From positions 1-40,688 of the forward strand of contig JAZDJU010000128.1 in assembly GCA_043803685.1 (NCBI GenBank): a DNA stretch of 40,688 bases, in the 5' to 3' direction. Below are positions 18,744 through 27,741 of this stretch, one piece after another. Origin of the DNA: Candidatus Omnitrophota bacterium. Lineage in GTDB: Bacteria; Omnitrophota; Omnitrophia; Omnitrophales; Aquincolibacteriaceae. The notes beneath the pieces are model-generated. The model saw only the letters and a program-made list of their open reading frames with translations. It did not search any database and was not told where the DNA came from. Both the position numbers and the translations under genes were made by a program. Every line of letters starts with the position of its first letter. Positions within the stretch are counted from its first letter, which is position 1.

Positions 18744-19463
18744 GTGAATCTCTATCCCGCGATCGATATTTACCAGGGAAAGGTCGTCCGTCTCACACAG
18801 GGTGATTACAATGCCTGTACGGTTTACTCTAAAGACCCAGCCGCCGTAGCCAAGACCTGGGAGCAGGAGGGCGCCAAGTGGATCCATGTCGTGGACCTTG
18901 AAGGCGCCAAGACTGGCGCCCTCACGAGTGAGCCGTCGCTTGAGGCTATATGCCGAACTGTTAAAGCCAAAGTCCAGTTTGGCGGCGGCGTGCGCAATAT
19001 GAAAGACATCGAAAAAGTTCTCGCGCTCGGTGTCTCTCGCGTTGTACTCGGCACCAAGGCGCTCGACGGGAACTTTCTCGGTGAAGCCGTCTCCATCTTC
19101 AGAGAAAAGATCGCCGTTGGGATGGACGTCTGCCGTGACCAGGTCAAGACTGCGGGGTGGCTGCGTGACGGGAACATCACGCTCCTGAACGCGCTGAAAC
19201 TTTTTGATCAGTTCGGCGTCGCCACGCTTATTTATACCGACATCGAAAAGGACGGCGTTTTAAAAGGTCCGAATTGGGACAAACTTTCTCAGGTGCTCGC
19301 TCACACGAAGGCGAGGGTCATTCTCTCCGGCGGGGTCAGCCAACTCTCTGACGTTGAGAAGTGCCGCACGATCATAGCGCCCAATTTTGATGGTGTGATC
19401 ATCGGCAAGGCTCTTTACGATAAACGATTCCAACTGTCCGAGGCCGTGCGGCTCACGGCATAA
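18744..19463 (+). CDS. hisA: ProFAR isomerase
   Basis: YPAIDI..GKVVRL.QGDY, HVVDLEGA, QFGGGVR, YTDIEKDG, SGGV, IIGKALY motifs; GTG start. Confidence 0.96.
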   Translation: MNLYPAIDIYQGKVVRLTQGDYNACTVYSKDPAAVAKTWEQEGAKWIHVVDLEGAKTGALTSEPSLEAICRTVKAKVQFGGGVRNMKDIEKVLALGVSRVVLGTKALDGNFLGEAVSIFREKIAVGMDVCRDQVKTAGWLRDGNITLLNALKLFDQFGVATLIYTDIEKDGVLKGPNWDKLSQVLAHTKARVILSGGVSQLSDVEKCRTIIAPNFDGVIIGKALYDKRFQLSEAVRLTA

Positions 19464-19480
19464 AAGGAGCTCGAGAACTC

Positions 19481-19885
19481 ATGGGAAACCTCACGAACCT
19501 TTGGAATATGATCCTCACTCAACGGACCTGGTCCTGGGCCCTGGTCGGTATCGTCTATCTTCTTGTTTTTCTTGTGGCCAGGAGTTTTTTTCTGCACCCC
19601 TTGATCAAACGCGCCCGGGCTCTCAATTCCAAGTGGTACCATGAGATCAAAAAGGTCTACACGAAAAAGTGCATCGCGGGATGGATCCTGTTCATGGTGT
19701 CGTTCCTCATCCTGATCTTTTTCTGGCAGACCTCAAACCTGAAACAGCCTTCGCTTTATGAGGTCGGCATGGTCTTTTTGATCATTCTGACCCTTCTTTT
19801 TACGATCATCTCTCAGCTGATCGCTCTCAGCGTTTCTGTGCTCCACGTTCTCAAGCAACTCGAAAATAACCAGATGACCCTTTGA
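19481..19885 (+). CDS. Hypothetical integral membrane protein (about 3 hydrophobic segments)
   Basis: AAGGAG Shine-Dalgarno; fills the hisA-hisF gap; hydrophobic stretches WALVGIVYLLVFLVA, IAGWILFMVSFLILIFFW, VGMVFLIILTLLFTII. Confidence 0.8.
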   Translation: MGNLTNLWNMILTQRTWSWALVGIVYLLVFLVARSFFLHPLIKRARALNSKWYHEIKKVYTKKCIAGWILFMVSFLILIFFWQTSNLKQPSLYEVGMVFLIILTLLFTIISQLIALSVSVLHVLKQLENNQMTL

Positions 19886-19888
19886 TCC

Positions 19889-20648
19889 ATGTTCGCCCGA
19901 CGCATTATCCCATGTCTTGATATCGACCGCGGCAGGGTCGTCAAAGGCGTCAAGTTCGTGTCGCTTAAAGACGCCGGCGATCCCGTATCCTGTGCCCAGG
20001 CCTACGACCGGCAAAAAGCGGATGAGCTGGTGTTCCTCGACATCACGGCCTCGCATGAGAAACGGCGCACGATGATCGAAGTCGCCGAGAAAGTGGCCGC
20101 CTCGATCTTTATTCCGTTCACGGTCGGGGGCGGTATCAATAAAGTCCAGGACATCCGCGAGCGTCTCGCGACCGGCTGTGACAAAGTCTCCATCAACACC
20201 AGTGCGATCAAGAATCCCAAGTTTATCCTGGAAGCCAGCAAACGTTTCGGGGAGCCAGTGCATTGTAGTCGCGATCGACGCAAAACGCGAAGCCAGGGAC
20301 CGTTGGGGCGTGTACACACACGGGGGACGAAATCGCACGGGACTTGACGCCGTTCAGTGGGCAAAAAGAGCCGCCAAGCTGGGAGCGGGAGAGATCCTTC
20401 TCACCAGCATGGATTGCGACGGCACGAAGGACGGCTACGACCTTGAGCTTACGCGTCGCGTCTCAGAATCGGTTTCGATCCCCGTCATCGCCTCAGGTGG
20501 AGCCGGAAATCTGAATCATCTCTTCGACGCGTTCAGCGCCGGCAAAGCCGACGCTTGCCTAGCGGCCTCCATCTTTCATTTCGGTGAATTTACCATCCCA
20601 GAGACCAAAGCATTTCTTCGCGCCAAAGGCATTCCCGTCCGTCTATGA
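19889..20648 (+). pseudogene. hisF: Imidazole glycerol phosphate synthase cyclase subunit, split by a +1 frameshift (extra G in GGGG at 20249-20252)
   Basis: N-half [30 protein letters not shown]-half [38 protein letters not shown] lies in the next frame. Removing one G gives ...[13 protein letters not shown]. Confidence 0.9.
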
Positions 20649-21457
20649 TCGCGTCTGCATTCCAAAAACTTTTTTTTGTTCTTTCCGTTCTTTTTTTTGC
20701 CGGATGTGCGTCTTTTTCTCAGTCCCCAGAAGAAAAACTGAACGTCGAGAGACTGTCCCCAGAGCACATCACAAGAGTCAAAGCCCTTATCGCTAAACTC
20801 GAACCCTTCATTCAGAAAAAGGATCAGAAAGGGGAGCTCCCGACCCTCACCTTCAAAAAACTAGAATCCCCTCTAAACTCAAGAGAAAAAAGGTTCCTGA
20901 ATCAATTCCTTAGCCTTCATGGGAATGAGATCGGTGTCACGATCCCGTACCATGGGCTCACAGAAGGTCAGTTTCCCTTGACCCGAGTGAATGGTCAAAA
21001 GATCTACGTGAGTGGAAAGGAAAGGATACTTCCACCCCAGTTCCTGCCCCCGGAAGTCTTCAAAACCTATCAGTTCATGATGAGCTCTATGGAGAACGAG
21101 ACAGGAAAACGTCTTTTTGTGGAGTCCGGGTACCGTTCAAGTGCTTATCAACTTTATCTCTTTATTTATTACCTCAGCAATCATGACTATTCCATCCGGG
21201 AAACCGCAAAATGGGTCGCTTTGCCCGGGTATAGCGAACACGGGGCTCCGGATCACCAGGCTCTCGATTTCATTAATGGCGACGGCATTAATGGCGAGAA
21301 TAACGCGGCCGAATTCGAAGCTCTTACGGAATATCGATGGCTTCTCAAGAATGCCGGTAAGTTCGGATTCGTCCTCTCGTACCCCAAGGATGCCGGAGTC
21401 GGAATCACCTACGAACCCTGGCATTGGCGCTACAATCCCGCGTCGTGCTCGCAATAA
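20645..21457 (+). CDS. M15B (VanY-like) D-Ala-D-Ala carboxypeptidase, predicted lipoprotein
   Basis: Lipobox FFAG-C, SGYRS, PGYSEH...D (Zn ligands), [16 protein letters not shown]. Confidence 0.9.
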   Translation: MIASAFQKLFFVLSVLFFAGCASFSQSPEEKLNVERLSPEHITRVKALIAKLEPFIQKKDQKGELPTLTFKKLESPLNSREKRFLNQFLSLHGNEIGVTIPYHGLTEGQFPLTRVNGQKIYVSGKERILPPQFLPPEVFKTYQFMMSSMENETGKRLFVESGYRSSAYQLYLFIYYLSNHDYSIRETAKWVALPGYSEHGAPDHQALDFINGDGINGENNAAEFEALTEYRWLLKNAGKFGFVLSYPKDAGVGITYEPWHWRYNPASCSQ

Positions 21458-21511
21458 TCAGACCAATGACCACCCACGATCAAATACCGCCTTGTAATAA
21501 AGTGTATCCCC

Positions 21512-21539
21512 TTGACACATAATCCAGTTATGGCATACT
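21512..21539 (+). promoter_or_regulatory. Sigma-70-type promoter for hisI-trp, with a palindromic spacer
   Basis: TTGACA (21512-21517), 16 bp, CATACT (21534-21539) preceded by an extended -10 TG; the spacer contains CATAA-N5-TTATG. Confidence 0.65.
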
Positions 21540-21608
21540 CGGCAACGTTTCAGTAAAGTTGCTTGTTTTTCTGCCGTAACTTCATTATCCAAAGGAGAAT
21601 ACATCGCA

Positions 21609-21989
21609 ATGGAAGACCTCAAATATAACGCTCAGGGGCTACTGCCCGTCATTATCCAGGATGCCAAGTCCGGCGAAGTGCTCATGTTAGCCTATATGGA
21701 CAAAGTCGCTGTGGAACGAACGTTTAAAGAGAAACACACCGTTTTTTATTCCCGTTCACGCAATAAATACTGGGTCAAGGGCGAAGAGTCTGGTCATACC
21801 CAGAGCGTCATTCAAGTGCTCACGGACTGCGACAAGGATACACTTCTCGTCCGCGTGAACCAGGACAAAGGAGGGGCGTGTCATCTCGGCTACCGGACCT
21901 GCTTTGTCCACGAAATGAATGAACAGGGTGACATCGTGAGAGTCACGCAGGAGAAGGTCTTCGATCCAGAAAAGATCTATAAAAAATGA
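21609..21989 (+). CDS. hisI: Phosphoribosyl-AMP cyclohydrolase (no HisE domain)
   Basis: GLLPVIIQD, YSRSR..W.KGEESGH.Q, DCDKD, ACHLGYRTCF motifs; AAGGAG Shine-Dalgarno. Confidence 0.96.
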   Translation: MEDLKYNAQGLLPVIIQDAKSGEVLMLAYMDKVAVERTFKEKHTVFYSRSRNKYWVKGEESGHTQSVIQVLTDCDKDTLLVRVNQDKGGACHLGYRTCFVHEMNEQGDIVRVTQEKVFDPEKIYKK

Positions 21990-23458
21990 TCTCACCCGAC
22001 CTCGACACCTTCAAGAAACTATCGCGTAAAGGAAACGTGATCGCTCTGTCCGAGACGTTTCCCGCCGACCTTGAAACCCCGGTCTCGAGTTTCCTCAAGG
22101 TGAGTCGGAAGACGCGTCACGCGTTTCTTTTGGAATCCGCAGAACAAGAAGAGAAGATCGGTCGTTTTTCTTTTCTCGGCACCGAACCGGCTGCCATTTA
22201 CGAGTCCTCTGGAAAGAATGTCACGATCACAGCGGGGAAGAACAAGCGGGTGCTCAAGAACTCGCTACTCTTGGATGTGATCGAGGCCGAACTCGCCACG
22301 CGAAAGCTCGCCAACCCTGAAGCTTTCCCGGGATTCCGCGGTGGGTTCGTGGGTTATCTTTCCTATGAGAATGTCCGGGACTTCGAGAAGATCCGGCTCG
22401 CAAAGAAAAAGGGAACGGGGTTCCCTCTGGGAATCTTTTTTCGCGCTGAGGATTTCGTCGTGTTCGACCATTTCCGCAAAACGCTTTCGATCGTCATTCT
22501 CGTGGATCTCAAAAGGTCTAAATCGCACGAGATTGCTTACCGGAATGCCCTCAAGCAAATGGCGAAATACAAAACACTTCTTCAGAAGCCCCTGCGCGTG
22601 CCCGTAACGTCAAAAGTCGCGTCCCTGCCAGAAGTCCGGCCGAATATGTCGCGTAAGGATTACGAAGATAAGGTCAAACGCATCAAGGAATACATCCGAG
22701 CGGGGGATTGCATCCAGGTCGTTCTTTCGCAGCGGTTTCAGCTTGCGCACCACGGCCATGATTTCCAGATCTACCGCTCCCTGCGTTCGATCAACCCTTC
22801 GCCTTATATGTTCTATTTCCGGAGTGGTTCGTTCCGGCTCATCGGATCTTCGCCCGAGATGCTCGTCAAAAAAACAAAACGCCTGGCAGAAGTGCGACCC
22901 ATTGCCGGTACAAGGCCGCGCGGTCTTACGGAATCGCAGGACTTGCAGTATGAAAAACAGCTCCGGTCCTCCGTCAAAGAAATGGCGGAGCATCTGATGC
23001 TCGTCGATCTCGGCCGGAACGATCTCGGCCGCGTCTCAGATTTCCAGTCAGTCAAGGTCGATCGTTTTGCCTTCGTTGAACGCTATTCCCATGTCATGCA
23101 TTTGGTTAGCCGTGTCCAAAGCCGCCTCAAGGCGGGGAAGTCGGCCATGGACCTTTTGCGCGCGACCTTTCCTGCCGGTACTCTTTCCGGAGCTCCCAAG
23201 GTTCGTGCCATGGAAATCATCGATGAACTCGAACCTGAGGCTCGTGGCCCTTATGGTGGCTGCCTCGGCTATTTCGGTTTTGACGGAGACATGGACATGT
23301 GCATCACCATCCGGACGCTCATGCTTCACAAAAACAAGATCTTCCTCCAGGCCGGTGCGGGGATCGTCAAAGACTCGGACCCGGGACGGGAATATGAGGA
23401 AACGGTCAATAAGTCTAAGGCGCTTCTGAAAGCCATCGAAGAAAGGTTTCTTTTCTAA
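21986..23458 (+). CDS. trpE: Anthranilate synthase component I
   Basis: DLETPVS, FLLES (Trp feedback motif), NPSPYMFY, GSSPE, PIAGT, EHLMLVDLGRND, FPAGTLSGAPK motifs. Confidence 0.95.
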   Translation: MISPDLDTFKKLSRKGNVIALSETFPADLETPVSSFLKVSRKTRHAFLLESAEQEEKIGRFSFLGTEPAAIYESSGKNVTITAGKNKRVLKNSLLLDVIEAELATRKLANPEAFPGFRGGFVGYLSYENVRDFEKIRLAKKKGTGFPLGIFFRAEDFVVFDHFRKTLSIVILVDLKRSKSHEIAYRNALKQMAKYKTLLQKPLRVPVTSKVASLPEVRPNMSRKDYEDKVKRIKEYIRAGDCIQVVLSQRFQLAHHGHDFQIYRSLRSINPSPYMFYFRSGSFRLIGSSPEMLVKKTKRLAEVRPIAGTRPRGLTESQDLQYEKQLRSSVKEMAEHLMLVDLGRNDLGRVSDFQSVKVDRFAFVERYSHVMHLVSRVQSRLKAGKSAMDLLRATFPAGTLSGAPKVRAMEIIDELEPEARGPYGGCLGYFGFDGDMDMCITIRTLMLHKNKIFLQAGAGIVKDSDPGREYEETVNKSKALLKAIEERFLF

Positions 23459-23535
23459 TACTGCGTTATTATTAAATTCTAAGGGTTCGGAGTATTGTAC
23501 CGTTACCCCTTAGAATCAAATGGAGAACGGTGTTA

Positions 23536-24105
23536 ATGTTACTCGTCATCGATAACTACGATTCGTTCACGTACAACCTGGTGCAATATCTTGGCGAGCT
23601 CGGCGCGGACCCACGCGTCTGGCGCAATGACGAGATCACGATCTCGAAGATCAAGCGGCTGCATCCCAAACGCATCGTCATCTCACCTGGACCCAAGACG
23701 CCGAAGGAAGCAGGGATCTCCTGTGATGTGATCCAGACCTTTAGCGGCAAAGTCCCGATCCTCGGAGTCTGCCTGGGGCACCAGTCGATCGGCCACGTTT
23801 TCGGCGGCAAGGTTATTCGCGCGCCCAACATCATGCACGGCAAGACCTCCAAGGTCTATCACGACAAAGACCCTCTTTTCAAAGGCGTCCCGAACCCCTT
23901 CGTCGCGACCCGGTATCACTCGCTTCTGGTCGAAAAAAACTCTCTGCCGGACACTCTCAAGATCATCGCTTGGACCAAAGCCCAAGAGATCATGGGCCTC
24001 AAACACAAGTCCCATCCGACGTGGGGAGTCCAGTTCCATCCGGAATCCATCATGACAGCCTCCGGCATGCAGATCCTGAAGAATTTCCTGGGGCTTTCCA
24101 AGTGA
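23536..24105 (+). CDS. trpG: Anthranilate synthase component II (glutamine amidotransferase)
   Basis: [40 protein letters not shown] motifs; GGAGA Shine-Dalgarno. Confidence 0.95.
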   Translation: MLLVIDNYDSFTYNLVQYLGELGADPRVWRNDEITISKIKRLHPKRIVISPGPKTPKEAGISCDVIQTFSGKVPILGVCLGHQSIGHVFGGKVIRAPNIMHGKTSKVYHDKDPLFKGVPNPFVATRYHSLLVEKNSLPDTLKIIAWTKAQEIMGLKHKSHPTWGVQFHPESIMTASGMQILKNFLGLSK

Positions 24106-25124
24106 CTGAAAGACCTTTGGACGCGCTTTTAGCGAAACTCCTTCTGGGAACGGATCTGAATTTGTCCGAAGCCCGTGAGTTCTTCCGCCTGCTTTTCGCA
24201 GGCGCTGTTCCTCCCGCGAAAGCCAAAAGTTTTTTACTTCTACTCGCCCAAAAGGGCGAAACCGCGGACGAGCTTCTCGGATGTCTTGAAGCGCTCCGGG
24301 CCCTCGAAAAACCGATCGGCCCCAGGATCCCGGGACTCATGGACACCTGCGGTACCGGTGGAGATGGGCGGCAAACACTCAATATTTCCACCTTAGTCGC
24401 TCTCGTCATCGCGGGGGCGGGCGGAAAGATCGCCAAACATGGCAATCGTGCGATCTCCTCAAAGTCCGGCAGTTCCGACCTCATGGAAGCCTTCGGCGTC
24501 AAGCTCGACGCGTCTCCTAAAAAGATGATCGCCGCTATTCAATGCGCGGGTCTCGGTTATTTTCACGCACCATTCTTTCATCCCGTATTCGCCCAGATGC
24601 AGCCATTGCGCAAGGCCTTGAAACGTCCGACCATCTTGAACATGCTTGGACCTTTGGTGAATCCGTTGCGTTTGGACCATCAGCTCGTGGGCGTTTCCGA
24701 AAAGCACCGGGTTCCTCTCTACGCCAAGGTGCTTTCAAGGCTGGGCCGGAAAACGGCGCTTGTTTGCCACAGTGAGGACGGCATGGACGAGATATCAACT
24801 TGGGTCCCGACGATAGTGGCCTGGGTGACACCCAATAAAGTGCGAATGTCGGTGATCCGTCCCGGATCTTATGGTCTAAAAAAAGCGACTCTGAAGGATC
24901 TCACCGTTGATTCGGTGCAAAAGAGCAAATTTCGCGCCGTGAGGATCCTTTCGGGAAAAGAAACAGGGCCCGCGCGTGACACGATCGTCCTGAACGCGGC
25001 CTTCGGGCTTTTGCTCTGCGGGAAGGCCGGTTCCGTCCAGTCGGGCATCGCGCTTGCTCAAAAAGCCATCGATTCCGGGAAAGCCCTAAACGTCCTTAAA
25101 CAACTGAAAGTCTGTGCGAACTAA
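24102..25124 (+). CDS. trpD: Anthranilate phosphoribosyltransferase
   Basis: [41 protein letters not shown] motifs. GTG start overlaps the trpG stop. Confidence 0.95.
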   Translation: MTERPLDALLAKLLLGTDLNLSEAREFFRLLFAGAVPPAKAKSFLLLLAQKGETADELLGCLEALRALEKPIGPRIPGLMDTCGTGGDGRQTLNISTLVALVIAGAGGKIAKHGNRAISSKSGSSDLMEAFGVKLDASPKKMIAAIQCAGLGYFHAPFFHPVFAQMQPLRKALKRPTILNMLGPLVNPLRLDHQLVGVSEKHRVPLYAKVLSRLGRKTALVCHSEDGMDEISTWVPTIVAWVTPNKVRMSVIRPGSYGLKKATLKDLTVDSVQKSKFRAVRILSGKETGPARDTIVLNAAFGLLLCGKAGSVQSGIALAQKAIDSGKALNVLKQLKVCAN

Positions 25125-25125
25125 T

Positions 25126-25938
25126 ATGATCTTAAACGACATTCTTCTTCAGAAACGAAAAGACCTCGAAGAGTTGAAACAGCGTATGCCTCTGGCGCGT
25201 CTCCAGCGCATCATCGAAAAATCTGAACGACTCAAGCCACGGTCGTTCCGTGGCGCTCTGCTGGCGACGCGGGGTCTCAACATCATTGCCGAACTCAAAA
25301 AAGCCTCACCCTCGGAGGGCGTTCTGCGAGAAAATTTCCAGCCCCTCCGCATCGCAAACCTGTATGAATACGCCGGCGCCTGTGCGATCTCGGTTCTGAC
25401 GGAATCCCATTTCTTCAAAGGTCGGCCCAGTTACCTCAAGACCGTTCGCCAGGTGACAAAACTTCCGCTTCTGCGCAAGGATTTCATTTTTGACCGCTTC
25501 CAGCTTTACGAGACGGCTCTCCTGGAGGCCGACGCGTTCCTTTTGATCGCTTCGATCCTGAGCGAAGAAGAACTCAAGGACCTGATCGAACTGGGGAGAG
25601 AACTTCAAATGGACGCTTTGGTCGAAGTTCATTCGGACGCGGAGCTCAAGAAGGCCGTTGACGCAGGCGCCACGATCATCGGGATCAACAACCGTGATCT
25701 CAAGACGCTAAAGGTTGATACCGATCGCGCAAAGCATTTGATCCCTCACATCCCGAAAGGGACCGCCATCGTGGTGGAAAGCGGCCTTACGACCCACGAC
25801 GAACTTATGACGTACAAAAGCCTCGGCGCGAACGCTTTCCTTATTGGCTCGGCCTTGATGAAGTCCAAAGACATCGCCGCCACACTGCAGAAACTCCTCG
25901 GGAAAAAAGACATTTCCATCGCGGAGGGAGTCGTATGA
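25126..25938 (+). CDS. trpC: Indole-3-glycerol phosphate synthase
   Basis: IIAELKKASPSEG, ISVLTE, LLRKDFI, LVEVH, GINNRDL, VESG motifs. Confidence 0.96.
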   Translation: MILNDILLQKRKDLEELKQRMPLARLQRIIEKSERLKPRSFRGALLATRGLNIIAELKKASPSEGVLRENFQPLRIANLYEYAGACAISVLTESHFFKGRPSYLKTVRQVTKLPLLRKDFIFDRFQLYETALLEADAFLLIASILSEEELKDLIELGRELQMDALVEVHSDAELKKAVDAGATIIGINNRDLKTLKVDTDRAKHLIPHIPKGTAIVVESGLTTHDELMTYKSLGANAFLIGSALMKSKDIAATLQKLLGKKDISIAEGVV

Positions 25939-26582
25939 CACGCGTCAAGATCTGCGGTAATACGAATTTCGAGGACGCTCGCTTGGCTGTGGAACTTGGA
26001 GCGGACTACCTAGGTTTTATTTTAACGCCGGCGAGTAAGCGTGTGATCGCGGTTGAGAAAGCGGCGGAGATCCTCGCGAAGCTTCCAGATTTCAAGAACA
26101 CCGTAGGCGTGTTTTGTAATCAGCCCAAGAAGGAAGTGGAAACCATCGCTGGGCGACTCGGGCTCAAGTTCCTCCAATTTCACGGCGAAGAGACCGCGCT
26201 CTACTGCGATTCGTTCATGCAGAAGGGCTATGAGATCATCAAGACCTTTCACGTGAAGGATGCCATGAGCCTAAAACGGATCGCGGAGTATAATGTCAGC
26301 GCATTCCTTTTCGACACCTACTCGCATTCTGCCAAGGGAGGCACCGGCGTTCCGTTCGATTGGAGCATTATTGAGGATAAACCTTATGTGCACGACAAAC
26401 TTTTCCTGGCCGGAGGCCTTAACGCGCTGAACGTGGCCCAGGCCATTGAAAAGATACGTCCGTTCGCTGTGGACGTCGCAAGCGGCGTCGAATCCTGCCC
26501 CGGTGCCAAAGATCCCGGCCTGCTCCGGACTTTCATCGAGAACGCCAAGGGAGTGAAAGCGGTCCATGAGCGAAAATCTTGA
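25935..26582 (+). CDS. trpF: Phosphoribosylanthranilate isomerase
   Basis: VKICG, QFHGEE, GGTG..FDW, LAGGL, VDVASGVE motifs. Confidence 0.96.
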   Translation: MTRVKICGNTNFEDARLAVELGADYLGFILTPASKRVIAVEKAAEILAKLPDFKNTVGVFCNQPKKEVETIAGRLGLKFLQFHGEETALYCDSFMQKGYEIIKTFHVKDAMSLKRIAEYNVSAFLFDTYSHSAKGGTGVPFDWSIIEDKPYVHDKLFLAGGLNALNVAQAIEKIRPFAVDVASGVESCPGAKDPGLLRTFIENAKGVKAVHERKS

Positions 26583-27741
26583 TTTTGTAAAACGACTTAA
26601 GACCCGCCTTCCGCAGATCGAAAAAGAGTCCCTCTACCTCAAGCTCCTTGAAGCGACCCAGGAAAATCAACAACTCGAAGATCTCTGCCGGAATCTTGAG
26701 GAGGGGATCATTATTACGGACGCGAAGGGGCATCCGGTCTTCATCAACTCCAAGGCCAACGACTGGCTTGGGGGCGTCCACACCTCTGCCAAACAGCCTC
26801 TCTGGAATCAGACTCAAGACCCATCCTTCGCTTCTTTCTTCAAGGAGAATGTCGTAATCGCTAAAGTTCGCACGGTTCATGATGTCAGAGTTCTTTCCCC
26901 GAAAGAAGCCCAGCTTCGCGTTACGATCCTTCCGAGAGATACACACGGCAGGCCCCACTTCATCATTCTTCTTTTGGACATCACCTCGCGAACAGAACAA
27001 GAATTCGAAACAGCGATGCTCTCGCGTATGGAAAGCCTGGTGCGACTCGCGGGCGGTATCGCCCATGAGATCGGGAATCCCTTAAACGCCATTACGATCC
27101 ACCTGGAGCTATTGAAAAAACGCCTCGCCGGAATCCCCGATGATAAGCGAAAAGCAATCGCCGACTCTTTGAGCGACATCCAGGAAGAAACCCGGCGACT
27201 CGACCGGATCATTCGAAATTTTCTCAAAGCTACTCGAAAACCTCCGCTTCGCCTCCGTTTGGACGACCTGAACGAAGTCATCTCTGATGCTTTCTTATTT
27301 CTGAAACCGCAGATGGACGTCGCGAAGATCTCGGTCAAATTCTCAAAAGACAAAGGGATCCCCGCATTTTTGATGGATCGGGAACGTCTCTATTATGCTT
27401 TTATGAATCTACTCAAGAACGCCCTCGAAGCGATGCCCCAGGGAGGTTCGCTGAAGATATCTGTGAGCCGCAAACAACGCTGCGTCATCGTGACGATCTC
27501 CGATTCCGGCTGCGGCATTAATGAAAAAGATCTTGGCAGGATCTTCGATATCTATTACACCTCCAAACCGGAGGGGGCGGGACTCGGTCTCATGATGGTC
27601 TATGATGCCATCGCCGAACACGGCGGGAAGATCGAGGTCGCGAGCAAATTGAATAAAGGAACCATTTTTAAGATCCTGCTGCCGATCCGCGAACCTCAGT
27701 TACAGTTGCCTAATTACAAGGAGATCGATCGCCATGTTTGA
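26566..27741 (+). CDS. Cytoplasmic PAS-domain sensor histidine kinase (NtrB/AtoS-like)
   Basis: PAS-like LEEGIIITD..G...FIN, H-box LAGGIAHEIGNPL, N-box NLLKNALEA, G1 DSGCGI, G2 GAGLGL; no transmembrane segment seen. Confidence 0.93.
   Translation: MSENLDFVKRLKTRLPQIEKESLYLKLLEATQENQQLEDLCRNLEEGIIITDAKGHPVFINSKANDWLGGVHTSAKQPLWNQTQDPSFASFFKENVVIAKVRTVHDVRVLSPKEAQLRVTILPRDTHGRPHFIILLLDITSRTEQEFETAMLSRMESLVRLAGGIAHEIGNPLNAITIHLELLKKRLAGIPDDKRKAIADSLSDIQEETRRLDRIIRNFLKATRKPPLRLRLDDLNEVISDAFLFLKPQMDVAKISVKFSKDKGIPAFLMDRERLYYAFMNLLKNALEAMPQGGSLKISVSRKQRCVIVTISDSGCGINEKDLGRIFDIYYTSKPEGAGLGLMMVYDAIAEHGGKIEVASKLNKGTIFKILLPIREPQLQLPNYKEIDRHV

Noticed and set aside
20645..21457. Vancomycin-resistance locus
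   Set aside because: Only an M15B peptidase is present; no D-Ala-D-Lac ligase, vanH, vanX or vanRS adjacent.
21458..21608. Trp/His attenuator leader peptide or T-box
   Set aside because: No short ORF with Trp or His runs and no T-box motif; the leader is too short.
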